A DNA stretch of 64,000 nucleotides from Nageia nagi (lineage: Eukaryota > Plantae > Pinophyta), in the NCBI GenBank assembly GCA_050084985.1, contig JBITNC010000001.1:102424001-102488000 (forward strand). The letters are read 5' to 3'. Positions within the stretch are counted from its first letter, which is position 1; every line of letters starts with the position of its first letter. The notes below the pieces were generated by a model. That model made no database searches. It saw only the letters and a program-made list of their open reading frames with translations, and was not told the origin of the DNA. The translations under genes were made by a program, and so were the position numbers. This document shows positions 27,177 through 41,039 of the stretch, in pieces.

Positions 27177-30100
27177 TGTTAATAATTATTACATCATAGG
27201 GTTTGTTATGGGTATAATGTGTGAGGTTGTTAGTATTGAGTACCATGTATTGTGTTTGTTGGAGGAAGAGAAAAACATGTTGGTTGTCCTCAACAAACCC
27301 TTGTATATATAAATACTTACATCTATAATGAAATAAATATCGCAATATTCAAAACTCTTACATGGTAACAGAGTGGGTTGAGGAAAGAGCTATAAGTTGG
27401 TTAGTTTGAGCTCCCACCCGATTATGTAGAGAAATATTTCAAGTTTTTTGTCTGTAGAAAATAGAACAATAGATCATAGTTTGTAGTTTAGAAAACAAGC
27501 TTGCAGATTTTGGGTCCATGAAAAGTTACAGGAGCAATTGGCATGAGTCAACATAGGAGACATTTTCATCCTTCTCACAGCAAATGCACATTTCATGTCA
27601 GCTAGTAAATACTTTCAGAGCTGTGCTCGGCCATTTTTTAGGGTTGAAATCTGATAGAATCCACCTAGGATGCTCACAGAATTTTGCATAGTCTTCCACA
27701 CATGCGGCTAGCAAGGAGATCCAATTGGTTGGATAAAATATGTGGAGAATGCCCATTCGCTGTCAATCCATACATACATAGACTTCATAGCGTACAACTG
27801 GCAAGAATGGTGGAATTTATAATAAGGAGATCTTCAGGATAACGAAGACTACACGATGAAGAATGAAGCTGGTAAAAAGTCATGGGCAATGGAGATAGCA
27901 CATGATGTGTTGGCAGAGCCCAACTCTGAGGAAGATGTGTTGGTATGTCCAATGTCATGAGAAAATGGTAATCAACACTGAGGCATGTTGGTAGATTCAT
28001 GGAGGTTGCAAGTTTTTTCAGTGGGATCCGTGAAGATGTGAGGAGTAAAATGGACGATGAGGAGGATCATGTTACTAGTGTGACAAGCTCCACATAGCAA
28101 GTCGGCAATTGTCTTCAAATTGGCAAAGCCCACAAGGCTGACATTAGGACAACATGGTTTCCATGTCATGGTGGGTTCATGGAGCACCAGACTGTGCATA
28201 AGGAGATTTTGGTGGTAGCAAAATTCAAAAGGTGGAGCAATCCAAAACCAAAGGTGCATTTCATGTGGTGTTCATATAACTCACTTTCTAGACAACAAAT
28301 CCTACAAATAAGTATCCATAAACTATGGACACATCAGGTTGTTAGATATTAGCATGGGGTTGAAGCATTCATGTAACTCGGCATATCTAATTTTGGCAAC
28401 TAGGGGTAGAATAATTTATGAAGTAGCATTTTGGTTAAATAGTTGAATTTGTTTTAGGTGTTTAGGTTAGTAGGATTGCTCTCTCCAAGCCAACGTTGGA
28501 TTTGATGGCTGGGATTTGATTAGAGATTAGGGTTGTTTGCCTATATAAGGAGGAAGCATATCATTTGCAAGTCATCTTGGATATTTTATCATTTATCTTG
28601 GAGAATATTGTTCTAGCTAGCAATATTTTATTTCTCTTGTAGACTAGACATCCTACAAGAGAAGGAAACCCTAGGAGACCAAAATCTTCTAGAGGTTCAA
28701 AGGATCAAACCCTTGAGCTCATTTCCTTGAGGTAGATCCATTCAGTATACACACTTGTGCATCACTATTTGCAAGTTAAGCATCAAATCTGAAGTGCCTT
28801 CACTCCAAGGTGAAGCGTCCAACCCTAGAGAGGGTTTTGTTGAGTTTTGTGGTGCATTAGATTTAGTCCCTTGAGCCAGACATTCAGCCCTTTTGGGCCA
28901 TTTGTAGTGAGACGTCCAGCTCTAGGGCATCATTGGATGATTTTGGAACATTGTACTTGCATTTTTGAGATCAATACATTTCAGATCTGATTTCTTCATG
29001 ATCTCACATATTCTCTTGGTGCGGATTTTGCAATATTTTGGTAAATTTGTATTTTTCCTTATTTGGGATATTGCAAGGTAGTTTTATAGTTTAAATAAAA
29101 TCTAACATATGACAATAGTTATCTTTAATTAATATTGTTTAAATAATGTTTTTATGTAGAATTTTTATTAAAAAAAAAAAAAAGTTTTTTGGAGTGCATG
29201 GTCGGTGGTATTTGACATTTGAGAAATTCACATCGAGGAGGGGAGAACATATTCTTTCCTCATAGAATTTGCACTTGTTTTGAAGATGCTTTGAGTTGTA
29301 ATTGGCAACCGAAGAAGATGCAGACTTGACCTCCAATAGAGAAAGTTAACCTCATTTGCAATAATTTACTCTATTACACTTGGCAGTTGCAGCGATTGGT
29401 GATCAATGCAGTCCGGTAAGATGAAGAGATTACCATAAGGATGCTCTAGAACACTCATGGAGAAAAAGACCAAGTTTTAAAATTGTATGGCTAAATGAAG
29501 ACCCATACATGTGAATGGATGTGTTTGTCCCCATTCACGAGATGAAGTGACATGTTAGATTAGTTTGTTGCAATCTACATGTTGCTCGATAGTCATAATG
29601 ACAGTAGTTTGTTGTTGGATGGGTGTGTCACAAAGATCATGAATTGATTGGATGTGCTTGGTCCCCAGTCAACTTTATCGGTTGGATGTGCTTGGTCCCC
29701 AGTCAACTTCATCGGTTGGATATGCTTCGTCTCCAACCATTGTTGTTTGTTGTGATTGTAAACAAAAGTTATAAGGTTCATGTTTACATCCTTGATATTG
29801 GGTAGAAGTGATAAGGTTCCAATCCTTGATCATTTGGTGATGGAATATTGGTGATTGAAAGGGTATATCCCCCATCACGATAGTTGGTGATTATGAGTAG
29901 ATGTGTATGTTCCTACTCACACCTTATGTTTTTGATGAATTACTTCGTGTGTTCATCAAGTAGTACACTATCCCCATTTAGAGATTGATGTAATCAAAGG
30001 GGGTGCTAAGAATTATTACATCATAGAGTTGTCATAGGTACAATGTGTGGGGTTGTTAGTATGTGAGTACCATGTGTTATGTTTGTTGGAGGAAGAAGAC

Positions 30101-30190
30101 AAATATGTTGGTTGTCCTCAACAAACTCTTGTATGTATAAATACTTACATCTATTATGAAATAGATACCGCAGTATTCAAAACTCTTACA
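27177..30190 (+). mobile_element. Internally deleted short-LTR (Copia-derived, TRIM-like) retrotransposon in intron
   Basis: LTRs 27177-27362 and 30004-30190 (~186 bp); PBS tggtaacagag 27363; PPT aaaggggg just before 30004; perfect TSD atcat/atcat; no intact ORF. Confidence 0.92.
28340..29107 (+). mobile_element. Probable solo LTR nested in the 27177-30190 element
   Basis: 8-bp terminal inverted repeats tgttagat...atctaaca and TATA cctatataagg ~28540; flanks caggt/tatga do not form a TSD. Confidence 0.55.
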
Positions 30191-31249
30191 ATCATACCTA
30201 TAACCAATGAGCCAGAAAACTTGCAAACTATGAATCTGCAGCTTCAAGGATAACAACATTAGTGATTCTGGAAAAGATCATATTTTCTGCTGGAAAATAG
30301 GATCATTTTCATCTTGTACAAAAGTTTGAAAAGAAATCATATATAGTTATATCAAAAAGGACAATAGACATCTGTGCCAATACAGACACTATTCCCAAAC
30401 ATATTCTCTAGCTTTGTTACGAGTTGCCTTCTTTTGTCCTACACATGCATGTTACAAGACAAAAAACATGTAAACTTAATATAACATGCATTTATTAGAC
30501 CACTCTGGAATGTAATAGTTTGATCCTTGCCATCCTTGAAGAGAAGTCAGTCTGCATGAATCAGATCAAACTACCACTGCAACACATATGCTCAGTACCA
30601 TATAATTGTTACTGCCATTTCCTTTTTATGGCTCACTTATTTTTGGCTTGTCATCATTCCAAGAGTACAGATCTGTTGCCGAGTTATCTTAAAGCAAGTG
30701 AAGAGAGAACAACATTGGCTCTGCTACCTAGATCCATAATGTTAAAAAACATTAGCATGCTTATCATACAACAATTTCATCATCATCTTAATCATCAGAT
30801 ATGTCTAGTAAAAAGATTGCCTATGCATGTCAATTGGTTCTTGGCGAACCTACTGACCATGGAAATTTCTTTAGTCACCTTGCGGCTAGTCTTTACGGTT
30901 TAGGTAATGTATTAAGAAGCATATATATCACAGGAGACCCGTTCAAGTATATCAGAAATATAAATATACTACAAAGGCATTCATACAAGCATTCAGCATA
31001 TTGAACCTAGCCTACAGGATCCCATAGGTAAATATAAATCGGTTACCAATGCATATTGCTCTTACTAGTTGTTTTCTGATTAATTATACAAGATTATGAT
31101 TAAGCCCAAATAATCACAATAAGAGAATAATAGGAATGAACAAGATGATTATAGGTAAAAAAAACTCTCTCTAGCATACATACACAAGTTTCTGAGAATC
31201 ATCAAGGAATACACTTATTCCAAGAAAGTTGGCCATGATCCAAGTTAAA

Positions 31250-32484
31250 TTACAACCTCCAATAGGGTTTCACCAATGTATCAATCCATACCAATACAAC
31301 ATCAACAAATAAATTAAAGATCAATGTATCAATCCATACCAATACACCCTCTTTTAAGTTATACTTGGGAGGACCAATAGCATCCACTCTTGAGTCTCCA
31401 TCTGAAGAAGATGAGGCAAAAGTATCATCACCACAACACCCTCCCTTGGTGCCAACTTCCCTCAATGCCTCATGCATCCCAATCATCTATCTCAATTGAA
31501 CAAACATGACCTCTAGCAAAGTCTTCATGAAGATGTCTCTCTATTTAATAAGCCCTATACTCCACCTCTGTAGAAGATTTGAATACCTTGCTTCTTGCTC
31601 GTACACACAACTAGATCACCACCCTATGTGAACAAGTACACCGACGGAAATCTAGTCTCATCCTTGTCATCACCATACCTCAGAAAATTTCTCTTTCCTT
31701 TCATAAAGATTTGAATATGCATGTTATGGGCTAGTCCACAAACCCTAGAAATGTAATAACTTTTTTGAAATGAATCAGAATAAACTGAAATTTTGTATGT
31801 AGTTGTTTCAGTTAGTTTTACTGCTATTTACAAAAAAACATTTTGTTTTGTGACCTAGAAATCAAATTTGGTGCCCAAATCCTTGAAAATCATACAATAC
31901 CCAAATACTAAAATTAGACTACCTTCAAAATATATTAGAATAAGCTGAAATTTTAAATAACTTATTTGGATTTTAACCTTCTCACCAAAATTTTATTGAA
32001 AATTTGTTAATCTATAGTATAGAAAGTGATTTTCGTTTAAAATTTGTAATTGTGCAATAATTCGGTCAATATTGCTTCAATTCCTCTAAAATGGGGCTTG
32101 CTACTTGCCCTTGTACTTTTATCACTTCTCCCCAAAAAATTCACAAAAAAAAATTGCTGTTTCCAGCCTGGAAGCAATTTTATTGCTAAAACTTCAATCG
32201 CCTATAAATCAATGAATATATGTCCAGTTCACTTGAAATTTGGATTGCAATTTCTTGAGTATATTTTTTGTAACCCTTTAAATTTCATCAAAAAATTAAC
32301 AATGATGTGCAAGATATAAGCATTTTACTCAGACCTCCAAAAAGAAAGAGAAAAAAAATCCTCATATGACCAAAATTGATTCTTTTGATACCACTTGTTA
32401 CAAATCAACCAATAGAAATAACAGAATAATATCCCAGTTATATCAAAATAGCAAAAATAAGATCAATCAAAGAATAATATCACC
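31250..32484 (-). mobile_element. Degenerate Copia remnant; its 5' LTR starts at 32396, is split by the hAT element and resumes at ~35396-35630
   Basis: PBS revcomp ttttgatacca 32383-32393 next to tgtta; RNaseH-like SKKQ...SSTEVEY on minus ~31550-31610; left boundary approximate. Confidence 0.55.
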
Positions 32485-35387
32485 CATGGTTCGAAAAACT
32501 GCAAGTAATCAACAGTTACGAATTTCCAGGTTATCGGGCACTTGAGGGGCATTATCTCGCATTGGCATTGACAAGTACCGGCAGGTTTCCGAAGAGTACC
32601 CAGCCAAAAAACCCGCAGTTATTGGTGGTTACTCAGGAATCTCCAAAACAAAGCGATATTCCTAGAAAAAATCACATTCCAACACTAAATGCGAGCCTAG
32701 ATGCACTTGCCTTGGTTTAATGCCTCTTGCACCGTAGGAAACAGACATATGCAAAGGCGTCTACGATGCAATGAACATTATGCAATGCATGCACGACCTT
32801 GTTGAGATGGCCCTCTTCACAGAGTGCAGAGTGCAGCGATGGGGGTGGGAATGGGCAGTGGAGAGGTGATGGTGGGTATTCTTCTTGAGAGAAGAAAGTG
32901 TGAGACACACCCAACAAACAATCAGAATGCAATCATGATTGGTGGTGTTTGTTTGAAGGCATATTTGCAAGTGCACTGTTGTTTCACTTCTCTACGCCAA
33001 TTCGACTATCGACATTGTGCTATTTATTTTGTGATAAAAAACTTTTAAGTTTTTGCATTTTAATTTCATTAATTATTTATTTTGATTTATTATCTCTTTT
33101 AATTTATTTGTTTAAAATTACCATTTATTAATTTATTTCTTTAAAATTCATTCAATAAATTTTTTTACTTGATCATTTAATTATTATTTGATTCAAAATT
33201 TGATTAATTGCTTATTGATGAGTCTCAGTAATTACTTGGTTTTTGGCATAGTTCGATGGTTCATTTTGTATATTTGGACATTATGGGACAGATTAATTGT
33301 AACTGTTGGACTATTTAGTTGCTTAATATATGGTTAAATGCATACTTTCCTTATATTAGTATTTTGTGCATACTGATTCTATTTTGTGTTTGTTTGAACC
33401 ACAATGCTTCTCTTTGCTCCACGGAATGATGGTTGATAACTCGGATGAGTTGCAAGTATTGTTAGGAAGTATTCTGAACAGATTCTGCACTTGTATACAT
33501 TAGATGCCTCATTTAGTAAAGTAGAGTTATATTGTCTGGAGCTTCTGTTCCAAACTCGTTCGGAGTTTCCGTTCCATACTTGCTCGGAGCTTATATTCCA
33601 AACTCGTCCGAAGCTCCCACTCCAAACTCAATTTGAGAAATTGACCGTCATTATTGACTATATTGCTAGCTCTATTCCAACCTTGTATGATCCAGATATT
33701 TATGTGATGTGAGTTGCTCCAAATATAGTCTGTAGAAGCATGGCTCCAACACATTAGTTATAGTTAGATATGATTCTTGTTTTATGGAGTATGTTTGACT
33801 CCAAATTAGGCATAATAAACTACTTATGATGTAAATAGGATAGTGTTGACTCGTTGAGATGAGCCAGCCTTTTCTTAAGGGATTGCAGCTCTCCTTAGAT
33901 AAGACGTGGGCACTGTTAGCATGTTAATTTTAGCATTAGCTAGCTGGTAGAATAAGTGATTCTATTTTCTATAATAGAATATTGTTCAGATTATTGTTAT
34001 TCTTGGCCAGCCTATTGTTAAACAACTGGGGATATTTATACCTCAGTTGTTGACGGTAGGGGGGGTTAGAAGATTAAGGAAGTATTGTGTGTAGACTGTG
34101 GAGAATAAAACTTTGTATTAGATTTGTCAAGCACATTTTGTGCAAGACAAATTGCATGTAATAATAGAGTGATCTATTAAGAGTTTCCAGTTTTGAGTTC
34201 TTCTAAATCTTCCACCAAGAGGAGCAAGGGCCCACTCCAAATGGTAGCCCACTCCAAATGGTAGAAGACTTTTATTTTACTGTTCTTTTAATTCAGGTGT
34301 GAGTTTACATTCAGTGTGATGATTTCAAGTGTATATTTCTTTCAGCATTTAAGATTCCTGTACTTTCAATTCTGCAACTTTCCATTCTACATATTTGGTT
34401 TCTGCAATGTTTACTTGAAGTAGATACAGCTGAGAGAACAGAGTTCAATAGCATATAGCCTTGAACACCGCCCGGATTGATTAACTAAATGAAGGAGTCA
34501 GATATTGTCTTCCAAGACTAGTGAGAGGAAACTAAATCTGCCCTGAGTGTTGGGGTACCAACTCTACGAGCTAACTGGTCCCTTCACGATAACAAGTGAA
34601 AGGATCACTTGGGGAAGGGTAGTGACAGCTTTGGTGGAATTTGGAATACCATTATTTTACTCATCAGTTATTTAATTAATTAATTGATTTAATTTAATTA
34701 ATCATTAATGTTTTTATTATTTAACTTATCAATCAATTAATTATTAATTCAATCACTAATTATTTAAATTTTAATTAAAAAACTTTTAAAAAGTGTATGT
34801 ATATTTAATGTTTTTTTGGTCAATGGTAAATTTATTAAAGGGGTTTTTTATACAGAGACCCAAAACCTATCTTTACATATATCAAACTTTGGTATTCAAC
34901 ATAAGGCTATATGCATAAAAATATCTAACATTTGCAATTGGTCTTCATATGCTTGGATACAGTCAAGGGTCTTCATATTAGTCAAACTATGGTCACCCTC
35001 CAATATGCCATGTTCAATGATACAAACATTTCTTGACAGGTCTGGCGAAAGGCATCCAACCACTAGTTCCTTCCCACAAAAATCGATGAAGGCCCACAAG
35101 TCTATCATTTCTACTGTGATATTTAATGTATTTTTTAGTTTGATTATTATAGGATAATAATATTAAGAATAATTTTATTATCACATGTCAAGCATCATTA
35201 ATCTACTTAATTAGCTATTTTCATTTTAGCATTATTAAATTGACTTTGGTGCTGTCTAATTTCATAATTAAATATCTTTTTGTATGTTTTTTCATAAAAT
35301 GTTGTGAGGTTCTTTTTTGCCGAGTTCCAAGAACTCTGAAATTTTTCTTGTTGTCAAGTAGTTCCCAAATCTGAGTCTCCATCAATG
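32485..35387 (+). mobile_element. Non-autonomous hAT-like DNA transposon
   Basis: 8-bp TSD atatcacc/atatcaac; imperfect TIR catggttcg / ccatcaatg; GC-rich subterminal repeats; QHKAICI...CNWSSYAWIQS (~34895-34965) resembles the hAT C-terminal dimerisation motif ERNWS.Y..IHS. Confidence 0.65.
33216..34666 (+). mobile_element. Solo LTR (1451 bp) nested in hAT
   Basis: Perfect 8-bp TIR tgatgagt...actcatca; TSD cttat/gttat; internal 24-bp repeats x4 at ~33538-33630. Confidence 0.85.
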
Positions 35388-36499
35388 ATATCAACATATC
35401 AGATTAAACGAAGAATATCTTACAATAGCCAAATCCAGAATATCGATAAACATAAGTCCAACAATAACAGCTTCCACCACTTTGATGGGGTGCCTAACTA
35501 CATTGAGGGGGCAACCTCCAAATATTGCAATTGAGCAATTATGATCTTCAATTGATGATAATCAGTATTAAATACGATATTTATATGACAGTATTTCTAC
35601 TAATGGTCTCACCTTAGGAATCATCACAATTTCTTTGTGAAAAATGTTGTATATGTATAATTCTATTCTACTTCATTCTTGTGATTTTCACTAGCTATTA
35701 GAAGCATTGAATGTGCATGTGTAACTACGAATTTGAATCTAAGAAGTTCAGAATGGTTATTCCATTACCTTTCTCTTCAATAGTGAGCAATATAAATCTT
35801 GTTTTTCTCAAGGTCTTCATGATTCTTTCAGAAGCTTTGTCGAAAAGGTGATAATTTCTGATAAAATTTGTGAGTGTTAGAACTGCGTAGCTAGCTGGCC
35901 CCTGTTCACAATAAGGTTGAGTATTATACAACCAATCCAATAAGATGGTTGATTTTACAGATGGTCTATGTCAAAGAACTTAATTGTACCACCAGCCTTT
36001 TACGAGGTTATCTGACAATCAGCCAACACAACTATGCTACCCATATCAAATGGTCAGTCAAGCCTAGGAAGGAAGGTCATCATACATGTCACCTAGGAAG
36101 AGTACAAACCTTGCCAACCAGACATATCAGAAGGCTAAATGCATGCTCTTAGATCCTGATAACATACAAAGTAGGTCCTGTATATACTCTAAAAATCCTT
36201 CCACAACATAAATGTCGATTTGAAAATTAACACAAAAAGAATTTGTGAAATGTAATCTAGACTATATATTAAAACATTATAACAGAATGAAGATGTAGTA
36301 AAAGAAAATATGCATAAAAACACATTTCCATCAGATACACAGGACAGAAAAAATACTACTTATATATTCAACATGTCATAATATAAAGTCACAAGCATCT
36401 ATGTACAACAGTCAACTACTATCATATCCATCACTGTCATACATCATGCATGGCAGCACATAAATAGTTCATCATGAGCAGGTACAACAATTGACAATC

Positions 36500-38039
36500 A
36501 TTGAACACAACATAGAGAGAATTTGACTAACATACATCCATTTATATGTGAAAGAGTGAACAAAGTTCATCAATTAGCAATCACACAACTTTTTAAGATA
36601 TTCATTCAATTTTCTTACAAGCATACACTTACAAAAAATGCTCACAAGTCATATAAAAACTACAAACAAACACCAAGTAATAATACTCAAGTTCACAATC
36701 CCATGAAATGAAACAAGTCTTGATGTATTAAGTTATGCTCAACATTCACATACAAGAGTATTAATTTTTTTTGGCAAATTGACAATAGTTCTGCTCTTGA
36801 GCAAATGATCCTCCTTTACAAATGAGCCCCCTTGGGGTATTTATAGTTTTTGAATGAAAGCCTAATTCAAATTCAAATGAAATTAACTAAAATCAACCCT
36901 AATTCTAACCAGAAAATGACAAGTGTCAACATAAGATTTCATCCAACACTTGTGGGAGCATATCCTCATCTATCACAAGGCATAACCAAAATGGATAAAA
37001 TTTGAAGTCCACAAAAAAGAAATTATGCATAAATATATTGATTGCATCAAAGATGCAACATCTTCATCCCAACTAGTGCTCATGGATCCTTCTATTTCCT
37101 ACACCCCTGCAAGACATGACTTGAAAATTCTATCTTGTGGCACTCGAAAGAGCAATTGTCAACTTGTAGGCATCACTGGGAAGGTCAGTAGCACATTATC
37201 TTCGAAATTTGGCAACCTGGAGTGAGGCACACCTCCTAAGGTGTCACATTGGTGATTTTTGACAAGTGCTATTGATCTCAGAAGGCATTACTACTTGGGT
37301 GCACTTATCAGAAAGCCATATTTTAGTCTTTTTGTGAGGTGCGCTCAACCCTTGGGTGATTTTGGTTGGTGAGCACTCTCCGAAAAGTCATCATTTCATC
37401 ACTTCGAAGCTCGAAACCAAGGTTTCCTCCAATTGAACTCCTAGAAAAGTTGTAATGTCATCATTTTAGCATGTCAAGTCCATCCTGAGACTCTCCTAGC
37501 TTGGGCGCACTCCTCAAAAAGTTATAATTCAGTCTTTTTGGTGATGCACCCACATTGGAAGGTCTCTTAAGTTGGGGGCACTTCTCCAAAAGTCATATTT
37601 TATTCTTTTTTGTGATGTACCCTCTTCCTTGTGCAATTTCAAAGTGATTTTGAGATCCTGGAACAAACACTTGGTCAATTTTTCATCTTGAAACCCTCTG
37701 GAAGCCTTCCTAAGATGGGCGCACTTCTCAAAAGGTCATAATTCAGTCTTTTTTCCGGTGCGCTCCATGACTTAGTCACTTTTTTTGTTTGAAAATTCTC
37801 AACACTTAGCCTAATTTCTAGGCTCTTTTCCTGGATACTTAGCCAAATTTTTGAGTTGCATGCTCTGGGAAGTCACACTGTCATTACTTTTGCCTGTACC
37901 GTCCTCCAGCACTTGGTGATCATGAGACTCCTGCTAACACTTCGACTTCGTTGCTTCACTCTAGTAGATGCTCCTAGCCAAAATTTGTGGGTTCCCAAAA
38001 TTTGCTAGAATTTAGGGGCATGTTGTGGAAGCCACAACA
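36500..38039 (-). mobile_element. Truncated large LTR related to 38425-41039
   Basis: Right end ...ggggcatgttgtggaagccacaaca; shares ccaacacttg.gggagca.atcctcatctatcacaaggc and aaatgagccc blocks with 39235-39400; left end not resolvable. Confidence 0.7.
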
Positions 38040-38424
38040 GACCACTGCACCATCAAACACATCCTCACCCTTTGAGCAATCATTGAGGAGGCTAGGTTCT
38101 AGAAGTCCTCAATTTTCAGCTACTTTGTGAACTTCATGAAGGCATTTGACACTATCCCTCGACAATTGGGAATTCCTAAATTGGGCCTTACAACTATTTT
38201 GAGTCTTTACAAGTCCGTATCAAGTTGAGTGTGTGATGTCGAGGGTCTCTCTAGTAGCATCCACAACACCATTGGTGTGAAGCAACGCTACCCATTCTCC
38301 TTGACTCTCTTTCGTATCTTTATTGACGAGTTGGAGTCATTCATATTAGATACCATAGGCCACAAGGTATGGGGCCTCCACAATAGTCGAGTCCCATCCT
38401 CCTGAAATATTTTGAACTAGGGCC

Positions 38425-41039
38425 TGCTGGGGGATTTTTCTTTCCTACCTTGCAAGGTCCAAGAAAAATGCCAACACCTTAGGTGGAAGGGCGTTACCCC
38501 TTCCTGCTATGAGGACTGGTTACCTCAAAGATCTCTCTTGGGGCTTGCGAGAATGAGACTCAGAGAATGGCTAAGATGTTTAATGTTGCCACCAACTTAT
38601 CTCAATACCTAGACAGGATTGTTTCCCGAAACAATAAAACAAAGGGTGTGAAAACCATACAAAGAAAGTGCAAAATTAAAGAAAATGGCAGATAGACAAT
38701 GGTTACGAGGATTGAACACCAATGTATGTCTACTCATGGACCGGTGAATGGTTTAAAAGTCAACTCTCCTAGGTTGGGTATAGGTTCCACGCACCCCAAA
38801 TCCACTCCACTAGCCAACAACACGAATAGCCAAGTGGAAGGAGTGTGAAGCTGTGGCAAGGATGGTGAATGATGGAGTGAAGTTCCTAAAATGAGCGACA
38901 TGGGGGAGCCATTCCAAGAAGCATAAGTCTAAAATGCAAACAATGAATTATTGCTTTCACAATACTACTCCAACCACTTCAAAAGATATTCAATATTCCT
39001 TCATCCACCTTTCAAAGATTTATGAAATGCACCAAGCAAGTTAAAGTAGCATAGGACAACAATGTCATTCACTAAGTATCGTCCACATTCATTCACAATT
39101 CAAAGTTACATCACATGAGAGCATACAATGATCAATTCCAAATACACCACATCCACAATTTGAAAGAAATTTGTTTATTAGCAACCAAATAGCAAAGTTC
39201 TTCAAATTGTAAAATGTCTAAAAACCCCTAACAAATGAGCCCTTAAGGGCTATAAATAGTTTTGTGGCAACACCAAGTGTTGTCCTAACCCTAATCACGT
39301 TTTTAAAGAAAAACAAATATGGTCCAATGAAAAGTCGCCACATGCTGTTCCAAGATACATTCCAACACTTGAGGGAGCAAATCCTCATCTATCACAAGGC
39401 TGTACCGAATTTAACAAGTCTTTGAAATCCAAATTCAAAATAAAATTGTAATAAATAAAATAAAATTGTTGCAATTGCGACAACACGCCTCTATGCTCCT
39501 CTCGTACACTTAAACTTGTGCATCTTCCTTGCTTTTGCAACACCTGACTTGACATGTTCACCTTTTGGCACCTGGGAGGGCAATCTAGTAGCCTGCATGT
39601 ATCACTGGGACTACTCAGGACCTTGTCTTTGAAATCTAGCCATCTTGGGTGTATGCCTCTTACTCAATATCTTCATGACTTCACCTTCTCCTAGGCCCAC
39701 GTGTTATGAACAAAGTTCCCAAAATAGCATAAAATCACCAAAGAGAGAGCTCAACGCATTGAATAAGAGATAAAATCTGTAATAAGCCACTTCGAGGGGG
39801 CAACCTCCTTTACATCACATCAATTACACAACAATAGACATCTCAAATGATAATACCTCCTTAGTATATATAGGAGTCCAAGGGGTGCCACTACAATGAA
39901 AGGACACTAGCCGACATAACAATAATAATGTAAGGAAATAACAATAACCATAGCCGACCTAACAATAATAATGTATAGGGACCTAACACTACGCTTCTCT
40001 AGATTTCACCTCAAACACTTCCTGAAGCCTCTCTAAGCTTAGAGCATGCCAGAAAAAGTCACGATCTTGTCTTTTTTTCAGATGCAACAGACTTACTTTA
40101 TCTGCCTGAATTTGGAGCATGACAGAAAAAGTCAAGATTTTGTCTTTTTTTTTTGATGCGCTTGCTCGTCAAAATTCCATCTCGAACTTCTCCAGGTTCC
40201 CTCCCAGGTTGGGCACATTCTACAAAAAGTCAATTTTTTATCTTTTTTCCCATGCGCCCATCCTACCAATTGTCTCAGCTTGAGCACATGCCTAAAAAAG
40301 ACAAGATTTTGTCTTCTTAAGTCATGCGCTTGCCTCTTGATGCCTGGATTTGCTTGTTTCGGACTTCCAAGTGCAAGACTTAGCCAAATTTAACCTTTTT
40401 TCCTCAACCTGAGCTCCTCCTAGACTAAGTGCATGCCACAAAAAGTCAAAATTTTGTCTTTTGGGAATATGCACCAGCCCTCCTGGACCCTTCTGTGTTG
40501 GATACTGGACTTGAACGTTCATGCCTTAGCCAAATTTCGCCTTAAAGACCTGGAAGGTTTCCTCCTCTAGGCACATGCTATAAAAAGACAAGGGAGGCAT
40601 GTGTTGGGTCTCTGGGAGAGCCGATTTGGCCTTTTGCCTTGGAACTACGTCTTGCTCCTCTTCCAGTTTGCTTCACTTGCTTGAATGATGACCTAGACGA
40701 CTCCCTGATTTGGGCGTATCCCACAAAAAGACAAAATTGTCTTTTTGAGATGTGTGTTGGGCTTGTTAGAGGATGTCCTTTACTTTTCTCTTGCTCGAAC
40801 TTGATATGGATTCCCTAATTTCAACTGGACTCAATTTCTTGATTCCAAAATTAATAATTTTTTTGGGAATTTTGGGATTTTGTTTAACATGGCTAAGGCT
40901 GGGAAAGTTGTAACACAGGTGTAGGATGATGAATGTGATAACCATGTGGTTAAAGCTCTAAGTGTGACATTGTTTGAGCATGAGTATAGTGGATCCCCAA
41001 AATTGCAGGGTTTTGGGGCGTGTTGTGTTAATCAAAACA
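38425..41039 (-). mobile_element. Solo LTR (2.6 kb incl. nested insert) inserted in the 3' LTR of 38403-52588
   Basis: TG...CA ends; perfect TSD gggcc/gggcc; removing it restores the match to 50890-50930. Confidence 0.92.
39702..39988. mobile_element. Small solo LTR (287 bp) nested in 38425-41039
   Basis: TIR tgtta...taaca; TSD ccacg/ctacg. Confidence 0.82.

Noticed and set aside
40042-40757. CRISPR array
   Set aside because: Eukaryotic LTR context, degenerate repeats, very variable spacer lengths and no cas genes; kept only as a palindrome array.
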